In this document: positions 23,171 through 36,500 of the stretch, one piece after another
Numbering within the stretch: the first letter of the stretch is position 1
Layout: each line of letters begins with the position of its first letter
NCBI GenBank assembly: GCA_965645245.1
Contig: OZ287069.1
Span: 1,240,001 to 1,304,000 of the forward strand
Direction of reading: 5' to 3'
DNA: 64,000 nt
DNA from: Massalongia carnosa
Taxonomy: Eukaryota
Translations under genes and position numbers: made by a program
Notes under the pieces: model-generated
Told to the model about the DNA's origin: nothing
Databases searched by the model: none
The model's input: the letters and a program-made list of their open reading frames with translations, nothing else

Positions 23171-24531
23171 GTAGATATCGATTTTTTACGGTGACTGCAT
23201 TGAGACCTCGATAGTCCACGCAAAAGCGAAGTCCTCCTCCCGGCTTTTTTACGAACATAACCGGAGACGCGGCGGGCGATTTGCTCGCTCGAATGAAACC
23301 TTTAGCCAGGTTCTCATCCAGATAGCGACGAAGTTCTTGAATCTCATCACGGCTCATGCCTTAAAGAGCTTGATTGGGTGCCAGAAAGCCTTCTTTTAGC
23401 TTGATGGCATGGTCATAGGGTCGATGATCGGCTAAGACGTCAGAGTCTTTTTTGGAAAAGCCGTGCAATAGGTCGTGGTATTGCTTGGGAAGGAGGAGCG
23501 CTGGATCGACGTTTTTCTGCTTGCGATATTCGTCTAATTCTTGGGCGGTCACTGATGTCTGCAGTGTCAGGGCTTGGTTCATGCGAAACAGGGCTAGATG
23601 AAGTTCCTTTTCACTAGGACTGTGAAGCGGGTTGGGTTGATAGGTTGGTTTCGGTTTATTCAGACTGCTATGGCGACTGAATTCGGTTGCGGATTGGATT
23701 TAGGTTTTAGGTTCGGTTGGGGTCTCTCCGAGGAAGCGATCGATTTCTTTCAAGGAGAGGCTAAACATCTCGTGGTTTTCTTTGCGTCCGAGACAATTGA
23801 AGTTCATGGCGCTTATCTCGCAGATATCCATGACTGAGAGTTTGAATTTTTGCTGAGCGGCGCGTCTTTCTACCGAAGTTCGTTTGGAGGAGGGGCTTCG
23901 GTATCGAATTTTTGGTGGGTTGCCTTGTTCAATCGCTTTTTCAATGCGACTGACGTCTTTCATCTCCTCCTTCACGGAGGTCTCCTGGCCGACGTTTTCA
24001 GGCGTGATTGTGATTGTTGAGGTTTCAATTGAGGCTTCAATTGAGGCTGGATTTATGTCGGATTTCCACACCTCCTGACTTTCAGCAGGCGAAAGAAATT
24101 CTTCCTCAGTACGAGCTTGTACTTTGACCGGACGAGGACAGCAGTGAGCGAGGGCAGAAAGGAGACGCCAATGATAGAGAGTTGGTGTTGAAATCGATAT
24201 GGGCTTGATGCCGACGCAGCCACGGGTGTCCGAGAACAATGGGGTATGTTTTCAATCCAGTTACGAAGAGAAACATTTTTTCCGTGTGTCCGTTTAGATC
24301 TATGATTACTTCGGCCGCATGAGTAATATTTCCAGTCAGGGCCGGTTGACCGTCAAAACCTTCGAGGCGTCGAGTGTATTTCAGAGGATGAAGAGGGATT
24401 TGATTAGTTTGCGCGAATTTCTTGTCAATGAATGCATAGCCAGATGCACCACAGTCAATCAAACTAAGAGTTTGAATTCGAGATCTACCGAGACGTAAAG
24501 TACCTGAAACCACTAAGTGGCTATCTCTAAA

Positions 24532-24794
24532 TGTCAGATGGTAGGGGCTACCATCATGGGCATTCATCTAGTGCTTATCTTCGGCGACTCTACCCCGGGG
24601 ACCGAGAAGACCTCCGGGGACCGAAATGACCTCCGGGGACCGAGATTCAGTGGACCGGCTGATTCCTTATGAAAAGGGTCGCCGAAAGGTCTCCAATGTG
24701 ACTGCTCTACAATGAAGTAGATAGCTCACATATAATCCATACCTTCAATGACAATCATGCTATTATACCTACACGTGAATTTTACTATTCATCA
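24532..24794 (+). repeat. Copia 5' LTR with three ~19-bp ccggggaccga repeats
   Basis: Direct repeat of 29248-29510. Confidence 0.93.
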
Positions 24795-24964
24795 GGTTAT
24801 GAGCCCGGCTCACTTCTACTTCGTCGAATAAGCCCCCACATTGATTGTCAAAACATACCTCCACCTCTCCATCTGCCCCATCCTTCAATATATATATATA
24901 TTCCCAGCTAGTATCCCCTCCATACCGGGAGACTCTTCCCTGCTTCTACACCACTTTCTCTGGC

Positions 24965-27900
24965 ATGGCTAAAGGAGAGAGTCTGTACACATTCCCCAAA
25001 CTCATGGGGAGTGGTAACTATAAGAAATGGTCTAGAGACATGGCCTTCGCCCTGCAGGAAGCGGAACTCTGGAGTTATGTGACTGGTACTCGGAAAATGG
25101 CCCGAGAGATTCCCCTTCCACCTAATAAACCTAGTGAGAAAGAGGGAGACCCTCCGGAGGAAACATCAGAAACAGATGAACAACTCGACAAAAGAGACCA
25201 AAGGGACCTTGAACGACTAGAGTTCTTGGAGAAACAAAGGAGGGTAGTTGGTAAGATAGGAAAGATGTGCACGGACGACGTGCAGCAAGAATTCCTGTCC
25301 ATGGGAGACCTAGCTAATGGAGCAGTCTGGGACCCAAAAGATCTTTGGGAACATCTAAAAACCCGGTACATTCTAAAGAATTGGAGTGCCAAATGGAGCA
25401 CCTTCAACCGGCTAGAGGAGATAAAATATGAAAAGTGCAAGTCCATCGAAGAATACGGAAGCCTTGTCAGGGACATCAAGGCCGAGATCACCGACATGGC
25501 CCTGACTGTCGAACAAATAGTTGTGCTCAGGCTCCTGAATGGACTAGGAAACTCGTTCAGCACCTATCTTACAATAATGAACGAGCAAGCCCGGCATGAG
25601 GATAAATTCCCTGCGCTGGATGCTTTGTTGAAAAACCTGGAGGACGAGGAAGCTCGCATGCGCCAGGACCCCATTGCCATAGCCAATGTGCTAAAGACAA
25701 AAGGGAAGACTAACAACAAAAAGCACCCCTCCGGAGCAAGGTCCGGAGAGGGTAAGACCAAATGCAAGTGTTGCGGGAAGTTTCACCCCGGAACATGCAG
25801 GTATATCGACTCCAAATGCAAAACATGTGGTAAAGTAGGCCATTTAGAAAGCGTTTGCGAGGAAGGAGGCCATGAAGCCTCAAAGCCACAAATAGTCTAT
25901 ATGATAAGGGAATGTTCCGGGAAAAGTACCCAGGAAACAACGCTTATTTGTATGGCAAAACCGTCCCAAAGCCCCCAACGTCTACAAAGCTTGTTACTCG
26001 ACTCCGGTGCAACCTCACATATTCTCTGCAATAAGGACTTCTTTCTCGAAGGAACCTTTCGGAGCGAGTAAAACTTTCTAGAGACAGGGTCCGGAGAAGT
26101 ACTACCAACAGAGGGCATAGGCTCTCTGCTTATCCCGCTGGACAATGGCAATGGGAGTCAAACTGACCTCATTCTGACCGATGTCCTATACTCCCCACGC
26201 CTAAAATTTAACCTCATCAGCACCATTAAGCTTGGTAAGAAAGGCATAGCAACATACCTGATGGCGGACGAGCAGCCCGCACAATTAGTGCATAAAGGAA
26301 AGGTGATTGGACTGGCCAAAACGATAGATAATCAATATATTTTGGAAACCACCATCGGCCCTATCGGTGCACGAGCCCTCACCACGACAAATTCTGCAAA
26401 GTCCCCTATTCAAATATGGCACGAACGACTCGGCCACCTCAGCTATCCAAACCTCCTAAAACTAAATCACATAGCTAATGGAGTCACCATCGAAGGGCCC
26501 ATACCAGAAGAAGTATGCGGCCCATGCATGATGGGTAGACAACAGCGGAAAATAAATCGCACTCCAAGGACCCGAGCAACAGAATTCCTGGGTCTAGTGC
26601 ATAGCGATTTGGGGGGACCATTCCCACTGATAAGGTTCGGTGAACGTTTTTATGCTACAATAAAAGACGATTTCTCCGGAGTAGTGTGGGTTTATTTGCT
26701 GAAAACAAAGGGTCAGACCTTTGAAATTTTTAAAGAGTTCAAAGCATGGATAGAGAATCAATCAGGAAAGAAAATAAAGCGCCTTCGAGCTGATAGAGGA
26801 GGAGAGTACACGGGTGGATACTTCCAGAATTTCCTAAAAAAGGAAAGCATTCAATGGGAAGCCAGGGCACCGAATGTGCCCGAGCAAAACGGAAAAGCCG
26901 AAAGACAGAACTATACTCTCATGGTCCCTACCCGGTCCATGTTGAAAGCAAAGAGACTTCCAAAGTCTCTTTGGGGGGAAGTCCTGAAGACTGCTGGGTA
27001 CATAAAAAATAGAAGTCCCGGGGTCGACGAGGTCACTCCATATGAACGCATGAACAATGCGAAACCCTTCCTCGGCCATATGAGAACGGTCGGGGCAAGG
27101 ACGTGGGTACATATCCCAAAGGAGAAACGAAAGAAATTGGATGATCGTTCCTGGCAAGGAATATTTGTCGGGTATGATGGAAACAATCAGTATCGAATCT
27201 ACGATCCTCTCACTGGAAAAGTCCATGTTTCTCGCGATATCACCGTCGACGAAGGCAATATATATGATCCCAAGGACAAAAAGGCCTGGGACCTAGCCGA
27301 CATTCCATGGGAGAAGAATGATGATTGTTTATTTGATGATCCGGACGACTTTGTCGAAAATGAAGTCGAAATCCCAAATTCGTTATCTCCGATAAACCCG
27401 AACTCCAAAATATCGAGAAGTTCGGAAGACCAACAGGTATCGGCCCCATCAACTCCACGAATAATGCTTCATCCAATGGGAGTAAATGCGTCGGGGGGAG
27501 GCTAAGCCGAGGAGAGTGAGGGGGAGGATGATCCAAGTGAAACGGAAGAAATTCCTTCACCCCTCATCGAACCTCGAAGATCTGGGCGATTAAGAGTTCC
27601 CAGTCAAAAGGCACTGGAGAGCTCCCGTCCCAGCATAAATATATTCAGGTCAAACCAGGTGCCAGAATCCCATAAACATATGGTACGAGTGCTAATCACC
27701 CTGGCAAGAGGCGAGGACACAGAAGGCCTCGATGAACCTCTGACATTGAAAGAGGCAATGTCCTCATCCCACTGGGAACAATGGAAAAAGGCCATGGAGG
27801 CCGAATACCAATCCCTAGTGGAGAATGAAACATGGACACTAGAAAAAGCACCGAGTGATCGAAAGGTGATCACTGGTCGCTGGGTGTTCAAACTAAAGAA

Positions 27901-29200
27901 AGACAGAAATGGGAAAGTACTAAAGTACAAAGCAAGATGGGTAGTTCACGGCTATAAACAAAAGGAAGGCCTGGACTACGTCGATACCTTTGCTACAGTG
28001 GTAAAACCAGTCTCCTACAAAGCATTGATGGGAATCAGTGTTAAAAAGGGGCTTTCCATTCACCACATGGATTTGGTGAATGCTTTCCTATATGGCTTCC
28101 TAGATGAAGCTATTTATGTCATACAACCCACCTTGTTCGAAAAAGGGGAGGACAAGGTCTGCTTACTACGAAAGGCCCTATATGGCCTAAAACAATCCCC
28201 TCGTGTATGGTACCAGATCTTGCAGGATTTTCTGCAAAAGATGGGGTTTAAACGGACATATTCGGACCATGGAGTTTTTGTATCGGACATATGTTTATAG
28301 CGATTTACGTCGACGACCTCCTCATCTTCGGCAAAGATACTTCAAAATTGCAGCAACTGCAACACGAATTGAAGTCTCGTTTCCGCATGACGGACTTGGG
28401 AGAAGTTTCCTATTATTTGGGAATTGAGGTGAACGTCAACACCGAAAAATCGATTATAACTCTCCGACAAACAACTTATCTGAAGAAGATATTGCAGCGA
28501 TTTAATATGGTCGACTGCAGACCTATTTCCACCCCCATGGTACCAGTCGGTGGTAGGCTCGCTCATGTGGCCAGCCATGCATACACGCCCCGACATCGCT
28601 TATGCAGTAGGAGTACTGAGTCGATATTGTTCGAACCCAGGCCCATTACACTTGCAAATATCTTCAGCGCATTATGCGCTATATCTCCAGTACCCTAAAT
28701 GCAGGCCTCGTGTTTAGAAAAGATACCGAGGATGATATTGTGGGGTACTCGGACTCCGACTATGCTGGAACGAAAGATGGAAGAAATCGACAGGGGCCTA
28801 TACATTTTTGTTAGCAGGCGCCCCGATTTCTCACTGTTCCAAGCTACAACCTACCGTCGCCCTATCCACCTGCGAGGCCGAATATATGGCCCTAACAGAA
28901 GCAGCTAAAGAGGCCATTTGGTGTGCACGATTTCTGACCGAGCTGGGATACCGGAAGAAGGGCCACCCAGTCCTACTTCGAGGGGACAATCAAGGGTCAA
29001 TTGCACAGGCCGAAAACCCGGAGTTTCACCGTCGCACCAAGCACATTGAAATCAAATGGCATTGGATACGGGAGGTGGTTGAATTGGGAAAGATAAAAAT
29101 CAAATTTATCTCGACCAAAGAGATGGTGGCAGATGGGCTTACGAAGCCACTGGCCGCTAAACCCTTTGAGGACTTTAAGTTAATGCTTGGCATGAACTAA
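24965..29200 (+). pseudogene. Copia gag-pol polyprotein disrupted by stops, frameshifts and an RT deletion
   Basis: CKTCGKVGHLESVC, LDSGATSH, WHERLGH, HSDLGG, QNGKAER, YKARWV, LYGLKQS, YVDD, HRRTKHI and ADGLTK motifs. Confidence 0.93.
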
Positions 29201-29247
29201 GCTCAAAGAGGTAATATTCGAATAGTCTCAAGATGACTGAATGGGAG

Positions 29248-29510
29248 TGTCAGATGGTAGGGGCTACCATCATGGGCATTCATCTAGTGCTTATCTTCGG
29301 CGACTCTACCCCGGGGACCGAGATAACCTCCGGGGACCGAGATGACCTCCGGGGACCGAGATTCAGTGGACCGGCTGACTCCTTATGAAAAGGGTCGCCG
29401 AAAGGTCTCCAATGTGACTGCTATATAATGAAGTAGATAGCTCACATATAATCCATACCTTCAATGACAATCATGCTATTATACCTAGACGTGAATTTTA
29501 CTATTCATTA
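29248..29510 (+). repeat. Copia 3' LTR (terminal CA mutated to TA)
   Basis: About 8 differences from the 5' LTR; preceded by purine-rich gaatgggag. Confidence 0.93.
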
Positions 29511-29685
29511 CTAAACGCCGCTTCAGACTAAAATTACTCCAAAGCGGTTGCTGCAGAAAAGCGAGTGTTTGATCGGAGGGGGGGAGAAAAAGAATTGGCT
29601 AGCAGACAAAAAGAAATGTGAAATGGTTCCTGCGCGCGACGATGCGCAGGACCTAGGCTTTTTTCGAGTCTTCGAGCTCGGAAAT

Positions 29686-31946
29686 TTTTTTTTTTATTTA
29701 TTCATTAAGTGTATTCAACCTAAGGTTATGACACTAAACTATTTTAGGATATGTTTCTATATTACAAATAAATCAACCCTTTATAACCCATCTATGTATT
29801 GTCAATTTTTCCCCATTTTTACTCCGTGTTAGTAACAACCTATAGTAATCGAAGAATATCGATTTTAAAATTTGTCTTTGTAAGTTCGTGAATGTATCAG
29901 CATAAATCGTTTCTGATTTTACTGTTCGATCTCTCCCCAACCTCCAGTTTCGAAAATCTCGTCATCAAGCTGACCTAGTATCCATTTTCTTGTCGCGATT
30001 TTGTTATTGACAATGAATTTAATCAAAATGTCATTTCCGATTTTTGTATTAAACAACATATTCAAGTTGATTGTAGTATCGATATTTTGTTTCATGTTTT
30101 GAATTTCATCGAAATAGTGAATGCAATTCAATAAAAAGTGTTCTGGCGTTTGTCGTTGATTGCATCGATTTGTGCATTTTGACGAATTATAATCTTTCAA
30201 TCGCTGTAAATAAGATCGAAAATAGCCGTGTCCGAATTTTAATTGCATAATAGTAGCAAATATCAATTTGGAACAGTTGTTTGATAAATAATAAAATCTC
30301 GATATGCCAGGTTTCATTTCGAATTTCTCGTAGTATTTGCCTTTTGATTTGCATTGTTGCCATTAATTCGTCCATGTGGTTAGCATATTTTGATTTATTT
30401 GATCTTTTACATAATCAAATGTTATCGCCGAGGACTCGACTAGGATTTGATTATGGCCCGTCTTTGCTATTTTGTCTGCAATTTCGTTTTCGGTAATATT
30501 TGAATGACTCGGAACGCATTGCAAAATCACCTGAAAATTGCTTTCAAATAAGCTTTTTGCGAGCTTTCGAATTTTTCTGGCGAAAATATGATTTGTCAAG
30601 TTCTGAATTTCGTTTATCGCGTTTATACTATCAGAAAAAATCCAAATCGTTTTTTCTAAGTTCGATAAAATATTAGTATTCGACAATTTATAGACCCATT
30701 TCATTGCTTGTAAAATCGCATGCAGTTCAGCATTTTTAATGCTTGACTTTTTGCTTAATTTCCAGCTTTTCGAAATCGTATGATACTTGATCAGAAAATC
30801 TTTTTCGATAAATCGATTAAAATTATTGATAATATTACTCCAGTTCCTTATAACTGGCGCAAATGTGACTGCAGACGTTGCAAATTCGATTTTCGATCCA
30901 TCTGTATAAAGTAAAACTCGGGGTTTATCGGAGTTCATTGATTTAATTTTGGATAAGGTCGAATAATAACTTGATTTAGCAGATTCCTTTGTATTTTCGA
31001 TTTGAAATTTGATTTTGCAAGGCGATTTCCAAGGTTTAATAAAATGATTTGATTGTTCAAATTCATCAGTTTTGTGAACTATATCGGAAACGGAATGAAG
31101 AACGCGAATAAGCTGACTAGGATGTCGTTTATTTGTTTGTTTTTCGTCTTCGTTCCATTCGGCATATTTGTTGTTCCATAAACTTGTGTCAAAACCGATA
31201 TTTTCGAATTTTATCGAATATGTGTTTGGAATTCTTTGACAAATAGGGTTATTTTCGGCAATCTTCAATAATCGAATTGCGTATTTTTGATTTTTCATTA
31301 ATAATCGAAGTTTAACTGGTAAAACATGTGATTCAATTTCCATCGCCTGAATAGGTGTGGTTTTGAAAGTTCCTAAAATCTTTCGAATCATTTGATTTTG
31401 TAGGTTCTGAAATAGTTTTTCATATTTCTTTTGACCATTATACCAAATTTCTGAGCCGTAGTCCGAAATAGGAATAATGCATGACATATAGAGCTGTCTG
31501 CATGCGGTCGGTTTCAGACCCCATTCGGATTTCATCAAATTCTGAATTGCAAAAAACGATCGATTCGCAGAAGAGATCCGCGTTTCGACGTGTTTTTTGA
31601 AATTTAGTTTTCGGTCTAACCAGACGCCCAACCATTTGACTACATTTTTCGGTTCTAGTACTGTCCCGTTTGGTAATTCCAATGTGTCTTTCGATACATT
31701 TCTTGTCTTTTCGAAGTGAATCAGCTCGGATTTATCGTCATCAAATTTGACATTATTCGATGCGGCCCAATCAAAGGCCGTTTTGACTATGATTTCGATT
31801 TCTTTGCAATTCTGTTTTGCAGTTTTATTTTCGACATATATTGCAACATCGTCAATAAAACTGGGAGAATGTGCATTGAATTTCATTCGTATTTTCGGAA
31901 ACAAGTGACGAATGTAAATCAGAAATAGAATAGGCGAGATTGGTGA
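29686..31946 (-). mobile_element. 5'-truncated LINE (copy C) inserted at the end of G1 gag
   Basis: Poly(T) at the left end; 13-bp TSD cgagctcggaaat (29673-29685, 31947-31959); sequence nearly identical to copy A from SPISP onward. Confidence 0.95.
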
Positions 31947-31974
31947 CGAGCTCGGAAATGAAGGTCGTATCAGA

Positions 31975-33083
31975 TCAGCGAAGACTGGTTTTCTTATTAG
32001 GACAGTCCATGGCTGTCTTCCCCGGGTGTTTTTGCTTGCAATAATGGCAGAGATTCCATTTATCACAGATATCCCTCACCCCTTCCGTTTTCAGCGATTT
32101 ACCTTTGACGGCTGCCATAGCCTGGCTCAGGTCCATGGGATCTCCGATAGAAGGAATTGGGACTGGTGCGGAAGGGATATCCGGTGTGCGAGCAAGGGGT
32201 GCGGCGAGAGTGATGGTCGCGTTATCCTTTCGCTGAGACGAGGTTGTTGTTGATGTCGGGGTAGTCCTGTTGTTGGGAGCCAGGTGTTTGATCTGGCGAA
32301 TTTTCCGATCGGTATTCAACCGCATTGCGACATGTTGATCGAAGCTGATTGGTTCCAAGCTGGTTCCGGGGACTCGATAGTGGACGGCGGCGGCTTGAAT
32401 GGCATAATTGATGTTGGACTTCATGGCATCAATTAGAGAAGCATCTCCATTTTGGAGCGATCCTTTTTCTGTGCGAAGAGGTTATAGAACTCTTCGAAAC
32501 TCAGAGTACCCTTTTTAAGGGTCTCGCGAAGATACTTGCGAGCATCTTCCTGCTCGAAGGGGTTACCGTAAGCCTTACGAAGAGCGGTACGCCATTTGAA
32601 GAAGGTCTTCAGCGTGCAGATGCCGTCTAATCGATAGGCGTTCATGAGGTTGTGAGCTCTTTTCCCAATGGTGAGTCAGTTCTCCGCATAGGCGATCATG
32701 ACGACGTCGGTTGGATAACGATCATGATTAACATGCATTCGTTAGATCAGGCTTTGCTCCCAGGAGTCCAATTTGGCTTCCTCACCATCGTATTCGGAGA
32801 TGTCAAGGAGCTTCTCGGAACAGATATCGACGGGTTTTTTGGCTAAGAGGATCTTCATCACCTCAGCCAGCTGAGAGTCCAAGGTGGGATTGATAGCAGG
32901 AGCGGGGACGGGAGCGGGGACAGGAGCCTGAGTCGACAAAGCATCGATTCGTCGATGAAGTTCCGCATTCTCGGCTTGCATGCGAGCGATGCTATCAACG
33001 AGTCCTTGAGGGTTGTCGTTCATATGTCCTTGAAGATATTCTGCGGCGGTTTGAGTTAATTTAGTATCTATTTGATCAGTCAT
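31975..33083 (-). pseudogene. gag: G1 gag, frameshifted
   Basis: Located after the 5' LTR; retrotransposon-gag-like core, DPMDL and CHYCKQKHPG…C motifs. Confidence 0.8.
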
Positions 33084-33161
33084 GACTATGGATTATGGGA
33101 GAGGAGATAGATGGAAGAAAAATGCTTTGGAGGGCACTTATAATGATCAGGTCCGACGTAA

Positions 33162-33599
33162 TGTCATGGACTGGGTTGGGAATTGAACTAATGTTCCTAG
33201 GAATTGGATTGGATGATCAAGATGTCTTTATTAATGAGGCTATAGCTAGGAGGTAGTTTGCTATACAAGACGTCGGACGAGGAGTCAACTATCTACAGGA
33301 TATGTCCTCTTATTATAACTGAGTCAGCCCCTTCTTTCTCATGTTTTACCTTCACCCCAAATGAGAGATTTTGGTGATGGTGGCGGCGATAGGGTGGAGC
33401 GATAAGTGGGCCCGTGGATGTGATCGTTCTAGCGATAAGAGGGTATAGTGGAGTGAGGAGATTAGTGGAGTGGAGTAAGGGGTTTATTCAGACTCATACA
33501 GAGGATGAATCTGAATAGGCTTTCAGGTGGCTTTTACCTCGATCGCCGCTTGACGGTGCGGTAATCATTAGGTTTTAACTCAAACTTTATTTCATGACA
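33162..33599 (-). repeat. G1 5' LTR
   Basis: Direct repeat of 13216-13653. Confidence 0.95.
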
Positions 33600-36500
33600 C
33601 AGATGGCTAGCGCGAGACCGCGAAAATAAAGTCAATTCTTCGGTCGTTTTGACTTTTAACGATTGAAATCAGGCCTTAAACGCGTTAAAAGGCGTAAATA
33701 TCGCGGGAAAACACTGTGACACGGAAATATTTACTTCCGTTCGTCCGAATACACAATGTATTAATTGTCAAAAATTCGGACACAAGTATTATCAGTGTCG
33801 AAACAAATCAAAATGCAATATTTGTGCAAAAAATCATGAAACACGTAATCATGAATGCATAATATGCAAATCGAAAACTGCGTGTGCACACGTTGTTGTG
33901 TAATGTGCAAACTGCAATAAAAATCTTCAATCAAATAATGAACATTGTGAAATGTTTACTGCATTAAATCCACGAAAATCGGCTGACGAATTATCCGCTT
34001 TGTAATGGCAGGACAGCATTTGTTGGCAATTATAGAAAATACTCACAATGTCAAATTTATTCAACACAACTGTGGAAGGTCAACGAATGCAATAACTTCG
34101 TGTTTGGAATATGCTTTATCAAATCAAATTGATAATGTTTTGTTTCAGGAACCATGGACACGAGATCAAAAAACAATATCACATCCGTCATTTACATGCA
34201 TTATGCCGAAAATAGCGACTTATCGCTCGAGAGTAGCTATATTTGTCACAAAATGCAATCCCAAACTGCAATGCACGCCTAGAACGGGTCTTATTAACGA
34301 TTCCGATATGCAGATTATTGAAATTACAATTGATGAAGTTCGAAAAGTGCAGATTTTCAATATTATAACGAAAAAAGTCAAAATGATCGAGAAACATACA
34401 CGATCGGTCGACTTTTAATCAAATATCAACCTACATCTACTAATCAATTCGTCATTTGTGGAGATTTCAATGCACATCATAACTGGTGGAATTCAAAAAT
34501 TCAACACGCAATTCGATCGGAAAATTTAGTCAAATGGTTGAAAATAAACAAATGTAGTTTGATAAACACACCTGATTTATGCACATTCTACGCCCATTCT
34601 GGAAGTTCTTCATCTGTTATTGATTTAACATTTGCAAATTCCAAAATCGAAAATGCAATTACAAACTGGACAATCGATAAAAACGCAGTCACAGGTTCAG
34701 ATCATGAAGTCATCCGATTTAAACTAATCGCATCTTTCAAGAATTTGACGTCACATGCAACCCCCATTATCGAATAAATATAATTGCAATAAAGCCGATT
34801 GGAATAAATTCGCGAAGTTTATAGACGAAAATTCAATCAACTACGAATCAAAAGTTTAAAGTTTATTGAATAATCATCAATTCGACAAATCAGCGATACA
34901 TTTGCAAAAAATTATCAAAAACGCGGCTGAAATGTTTATTCCGAAAACAAAAATATGTGCAAAATCGAAAAATTGGTGGTCGCAAGATTTAACCGAACTT
35001 CGAAAAATCATGTGCAGGCATCGTCGAGAATGGAAGAATTATCCGTCCGATTTTAGTCATCGGACGTTTAAACATAGTCGAATCGAGTATTTTCATGCAA
35101 TTCGAAAAGCAAAACAACAAACCTGGTTGACTTTTCTAGAAAATGCAGCGAATAAAGACGTGTTTACCGCGTATAAATATACTCAACCGACAATATTTGA
35201 AAAAATACTGCCGATTCTACATGAAAATAAGCTTAATGTTCAGTTTGATGACAAATGCGATGCCTTTGTGTCAGCAATGTACAATAAAAACCCATTTATA
35301 GCCGATAATATTGAAGATTTACCAAATCAAGACAGCGAAAATGATGATAATTGGTCAGATTTGACCGAAAACGAGCTGTAAAATGCGATTAATTTATTTA
35401 ATCCTAAGAAAGCATGTGGACCTGATGCAATCAATTTTACAATTGTTCAAAAATCGTTTCAATCGTTGAAAAGCGTGTTGTTCATGATTTATTTGAAATT
35501 CATTCGAATCGGTTATCACCCGTTATGCTGGCGGACAAGACTCGGTGCAGTTCTGAAAAAACCTAATAAATCGGACTATTCGTTTCCAAAATCATATCGA
35601 ATTATCACATTACTAAATTGTCTTGGTAAAATTGCGGAGAAAATCGTTGCAAATCGACTAGCCTACTTCGGCGAAAATTCAAATTTACTAGATATCGAAC
35701 AGATGGGCGGAAAAAAAAATCATTCTGCAATTGACGCAGTAATGAACCTCGTTCATGATATCGAAATTGCGAATCGAAATAAAAACGGTTTATCCTGTTT
35801 ATTACTCGATATCAAAGGCGCATTTGACTTTGTCTCGATTAATCAACTGCTAAATGTCATGAAAAAGCTGAAATTATCTCGCATAATAATTCAATGGGTT
35901 AAGCATTTCATGACAGAACGATCGATCAATTTGATATTTGATGAAAACAAAAGCAAAACATATTTTGTCGAATAAGGAATTCTTCAAGGTTCACCAATGT
36001 TGCCTATTCAATTTCTGATTTACATTCGTCACTTGTTTCCGAAAATAAGAATGAAATTTAATGCACATTCTCCCAGTTTTATTGACGATGTTGCAATATA
36101 TGTCGAAAATAAAACTGCAAAACAAAATTGCAAAGAAATCGAAATCATAGTCAAAACAGCTTTTGATTGGGCCGCATCGAATAATGTCAAATTTGATGAC
36201 GATAAATCCGAGCTGATTCACTTCGAAAAGACAAGAAATATATCGAAAGACACATTCGAATTACCAAACGGGACAATACTAGAACCGAAAAATGTAGTCA
36301 AATGGTTGGGCGTCTGGCTAGACCGAAAACTAAATTTCAAAAAACACGTTGAAACGCGAATCTCTTCTGCGAATCGATCATTTTTTGTAATTCAGAATTT
36401 GATGAAATCCGAATAGGGTCCGAAACCAACCGCATGCAGACAGCTCTATTTGTCATGCATTGTTCCTATTTCGGACTACGGTTCAGAAATTTGGTATAAT

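Larger units (their letters stand above)
24532..29510 (+). mobile_element. Ty1/Copia LTR retrotransposon inserted in the G1 protease region
   Basis: 263-bp LTRs at 24532-24794 and 29248-29510; TSD ctaaa (24527-24531, 29511-29515); PBS ggttatgagccc; domain order gag-PR-INT-RT-RH. Confidence 0.96.
13216..33599 (-). mobile_element. Ty3/Gypsy chromovirus G1, degenerate, carrying three nested insertions (Gypsy G2, Copia, LINE C)
   Basis: Two 438-bp TG…CA LTRs and 5-bp TSD cagat (13211-13215, 33600-33604). gag fragments 33083-31975; protease DCGA ~24450; RT 23357-23171 continuing 16560-16071 (YLDD); RNase H 15909-15553; integrase plus chromodomain 15382-13694. Confidence 0.95.

Noticed and set aside
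24106..24567. Standalone aspartic protease ORF starting MNAHDG
   Set aside because: The start lies in the antisense Copia LTR; the rest is the interrupted G1 protease.
30363..32066. 567-aa ORF as a novel fusion gene
   Set aside because: Chance read-through from an alternative frame of G1 gag into the truncated LINE C; it starts at a non-ATG codon.
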